Origin: Psammoneis japonica
Taxonomy: Eukaryota
DNA: 64,000 nucleotides
Direction of reading: 5' to 3'
Assembly (NCBI GenBank): GCA_008632985.1
Contig: QPGO01000125.1
Coordinates: 62,001-126,000, forward strand
In this document: positions 62,045 through 64,000 of the stretch, piece by piece
Layout of the letters: each line of letters begins with the position of its first letter
Numbering within the stretch: position 1 is the first letter of the stretch
The notes under the pieces: generated by a model
Database searches by the model: none
What the model saw: only the letters and a program-made list of their open reading frames with translations
Told to the model about the DNA's origin: nothing
Program-made: the position numbers and the translations under genes

Positions 62045-63799
62045 TCAATCATCGTCGCTGTCACTATCATCCCAGCGCGGTCGAGTTGGAGGTATCCATT
62101 CGTGCGGCTCTGTAGCACTTTTCTCTTGGTCACCATTTTCCTTCTTCAGTCTATCGTGATGGTTCATCCCTGACATCTGAGAGGTGACAACCTTTGAATT
62201 CTTCTTTTGTACCGAGATTGGGACATTGTGGGCGGCTCTGTCTTGTGGTCGGACTTTTGAGTTTTTCTCACCGCGATTTACAGTGGTTACTAATCCATGT
62301 CGTGATTTCGCTTTCGCACCACGAGCGCTTTCGACGCCGTCAGAGCCGTTGCTTGAGTTTTTGCTTTCAGTAATTTTCGAGATTACAACGCCAGATCGTG
62401 ATGTGGTTGCACTGCCTCTTGATTCTCTATTGGTAGCCCCAGGACGCGGTCGCCTTGTGTTCTTCTTTGACGCCGCAAACCGGCGTCCCTGATCGGACGT
62501 CGTTTCCCGCGAAGATCTCCCTGTTCCGTGACTATGCGCATTCGTCCACTTCGGATGTCCATCTTCTTTTTCCGTTGTAATATCGCTCATCACCGAGCCT
62601 TCATCTCTGTATCCCACGCCTTCTGTTCTTTTCCCACGACTATGCCCTCGACCTCGTCCCCCAACGAGTTTCGGAATTCCTTTAGCTGTGCTGGCCACCC
62701 GACTTGCTGACGCCACGAAGTCGCATCGCCTTGTTAATGAGCCTTGATGAGAAGGCAGTGACCGATTCGCATCTACTTCATGTACCTTCTTTCGATTCTT
62801 TCTCTCCACGACCTTGTTCCTTTTATCTTGTGATGGCTTCGTAGTAGTCTGCTTGGGATTCTTCGAAAGCATCCCATCCTTAGCTTTGCACTCGGCAGCT
62901 GCTCTGGCCAGGGACGATTTCGCATGAGGCACGATCGTCTTGTTTCCTAATTCACCTTGATTTAGATTGTTCTGCTTATGCTTGGTGTAGTAGGAAGCAT
63001 CGTGATCAGTCTCAGGTGATTTAACGGAGTCTGGGGCGTTGTTCGAAGATACGCCAATGCTTGGGAGGGAACTGCCTCCATCAGCACTCGAACGAGTCAC
63101 TGAAGTACGTGCCATTCGAGGAGTCGTCGTGAGTTGTGGCCCAACAATACACTCAGGGTTCTGATTGGGCCGAGAAGACATATTTATTCTGCCCTCATTG
63201 CTGGATTTCTTCTGCTGCCGCTCTTTCTCCGTGAGAACCGCCGCAGCCAGAGATGATAACGGTTGCTTTTTCTGCAAATCAAAACCACCAATCACGCCTT
63301 TTTCTGGAACACCATAGTACCATCCTGTGTCTCCGTGTATCCACCGCTTCTTTGGTAGCAACTCGGTAGTATTCGAAACAGGAGAAGGGACCGAGTCCTC
63401 GGCAGCTTCTTTGTCGCGATGTTTGTAGGACTTTGAGGCATCATCGGTCTGTGGTATTTCTAGCTTTGTGGGCGTTTCGTGTCGAAACGGACAAGCATCA
63501 CCTTTCCGACAATAGCCTTTCGCAAAGAACGAACAATTCACCTTTCCGCTATCTCGTTTTGAGCGGCTCTTTCTTGACGGTGGATTCCGATCACTCCCGG
63601 TGTGCGAGGAAGAAGTATCAAGCTCGTGCCGAAATCGACATGAGGACCCTCGCCGACAGTCTCCTCTTGCATAAAACGAGCACACGGGTACTTCTGACGA
63701 GGATTCAGTACGATAGGTCGAAGTTGGTGTACCGCGACCTGCAGCTGCTGCCGTTGCCAGTGATGATCTCACGACATGGTGATTCCGATGATCAGTCAT
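62045..63799 (-). CDS. CCCH zinc-finger protein (two C-x8-C-x5-C-x3-H-type fingers) with a long disordered basic tail
   Basis: CSFYARGDCRRGSSCRFRH and CSFFAKGYCRKGDACPFRH in a 584-aa open frame. Confidence 0.85.
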   Translation of the reverse strand: MTDHRNHHVVRSSLATAAAAGRGTPTSTYRTESSSEVPVCSFYARGDCRRGSSCRFRHELDTSSSHTGSDRNPPSRKSRSKRDSGKVNCSFFAKGYCRKGDACPFRHETPTKLEIPQTDDASKSYKHRDKEAAEDSVPSPVSNTTELLPKKRWIHGDTGWYYGVPEKGVIGGFDLQKKQPLSSLAAAVLTEKERQQKKSSNEGRINMSSRPNQNPECIVGPQLTTTPRMARTSVTRSSADGGSSLPSIGVSSNNAPDSVKSPETDHDASYYTKHKQNNLNQGELGNKTIVPHAKSSLARAAAECKAKDGMLSKNPKQTTTKPSQDKRNKVVERKNRKKVHEVDANRSLPSHQGSLTRRCDFVASASRVASTAKGIPKLVGGRGRGHSRGKRTEGVGYRDEGSVMSDITTEKEDGHPKWTNAHSHGTGRSSRETTSDQGRRFAASKKNTRRPRPGATNRESRGSATTSRSGVVISKITESKNSSNGSDGVESARGAKAKSRHGLVTTVNRGEKNSKVRPQDRAAHNVPISVQKKNSKVVTSQMSGMNHHDRLKKENGDQEKSATEPHEWIPPTRPRWDDSDSDDD

Positions 63800-64000
63800 G
63801 TCTCTGCGGTCTGCGGTAATCTACAATCTTTGCTTCCATAAAGTGAAACAGTGACATACCACAGTAAGTAGCAAGGACGACATCTAACTAATAGGCAGAA
63901 AAGATGATGACAGCAGTGTGTTCTTGATGCATAACGGACTTTCTGCTACACAGAGCACAGGGCAGTCGAAAGTCGAAGCTGGGTGTTGGGTGTCAACATT

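Overview
Eukaryotic DNA with short GT-AG introns, most likely from a pennate diatom (inferred from the gene set and a CoDi-type Ty1/copia gag relic). The window alternates between two kinds of sequence. (1) Ordinary gene-dense host DNA: FMO, NDUFS6, ALDH, CNOT9/RCD1, PRP4 kinase, SPX-MFS transporter, TLDc protein, five tandem TM+RING-H2 E3 ligases and a CCCH protein. (2) Four blocks (~3.5-8.15, ~23.35-37.3, ~42.2-47.6 and ~50.4-59.35 kb), mostly transposon/satellite-derived, in which the TpA dinucleotide is almost eliminated and TpG/CpA is in excess. Internal controls give the direction as TA->TG/CA (A>G in TpA on either strand). A Tc1/mariner element has an intact TA target-site duplication and TIR at its outer end, but TG/CA at the same positions at its inner end. 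Conserved Tyr residues in two transposases, a gag and an SDR have become His/Cys. Duplicated satellite units differ by TA vs TG. Surviving TpA sites are mostly YTAR. This suggests a repeat/heterochromatin-targeted hypermutation (genome-defence-like) process opposite in direction to fungal RIP and separable from CpG decay. It also explains the hundreds of spurious Cys/His-rich ORFs. One affected block carries a microbial-type terpene synthase and an SDR pseudogene next to the FMO. All counts were made by eye and need computational confirmation.
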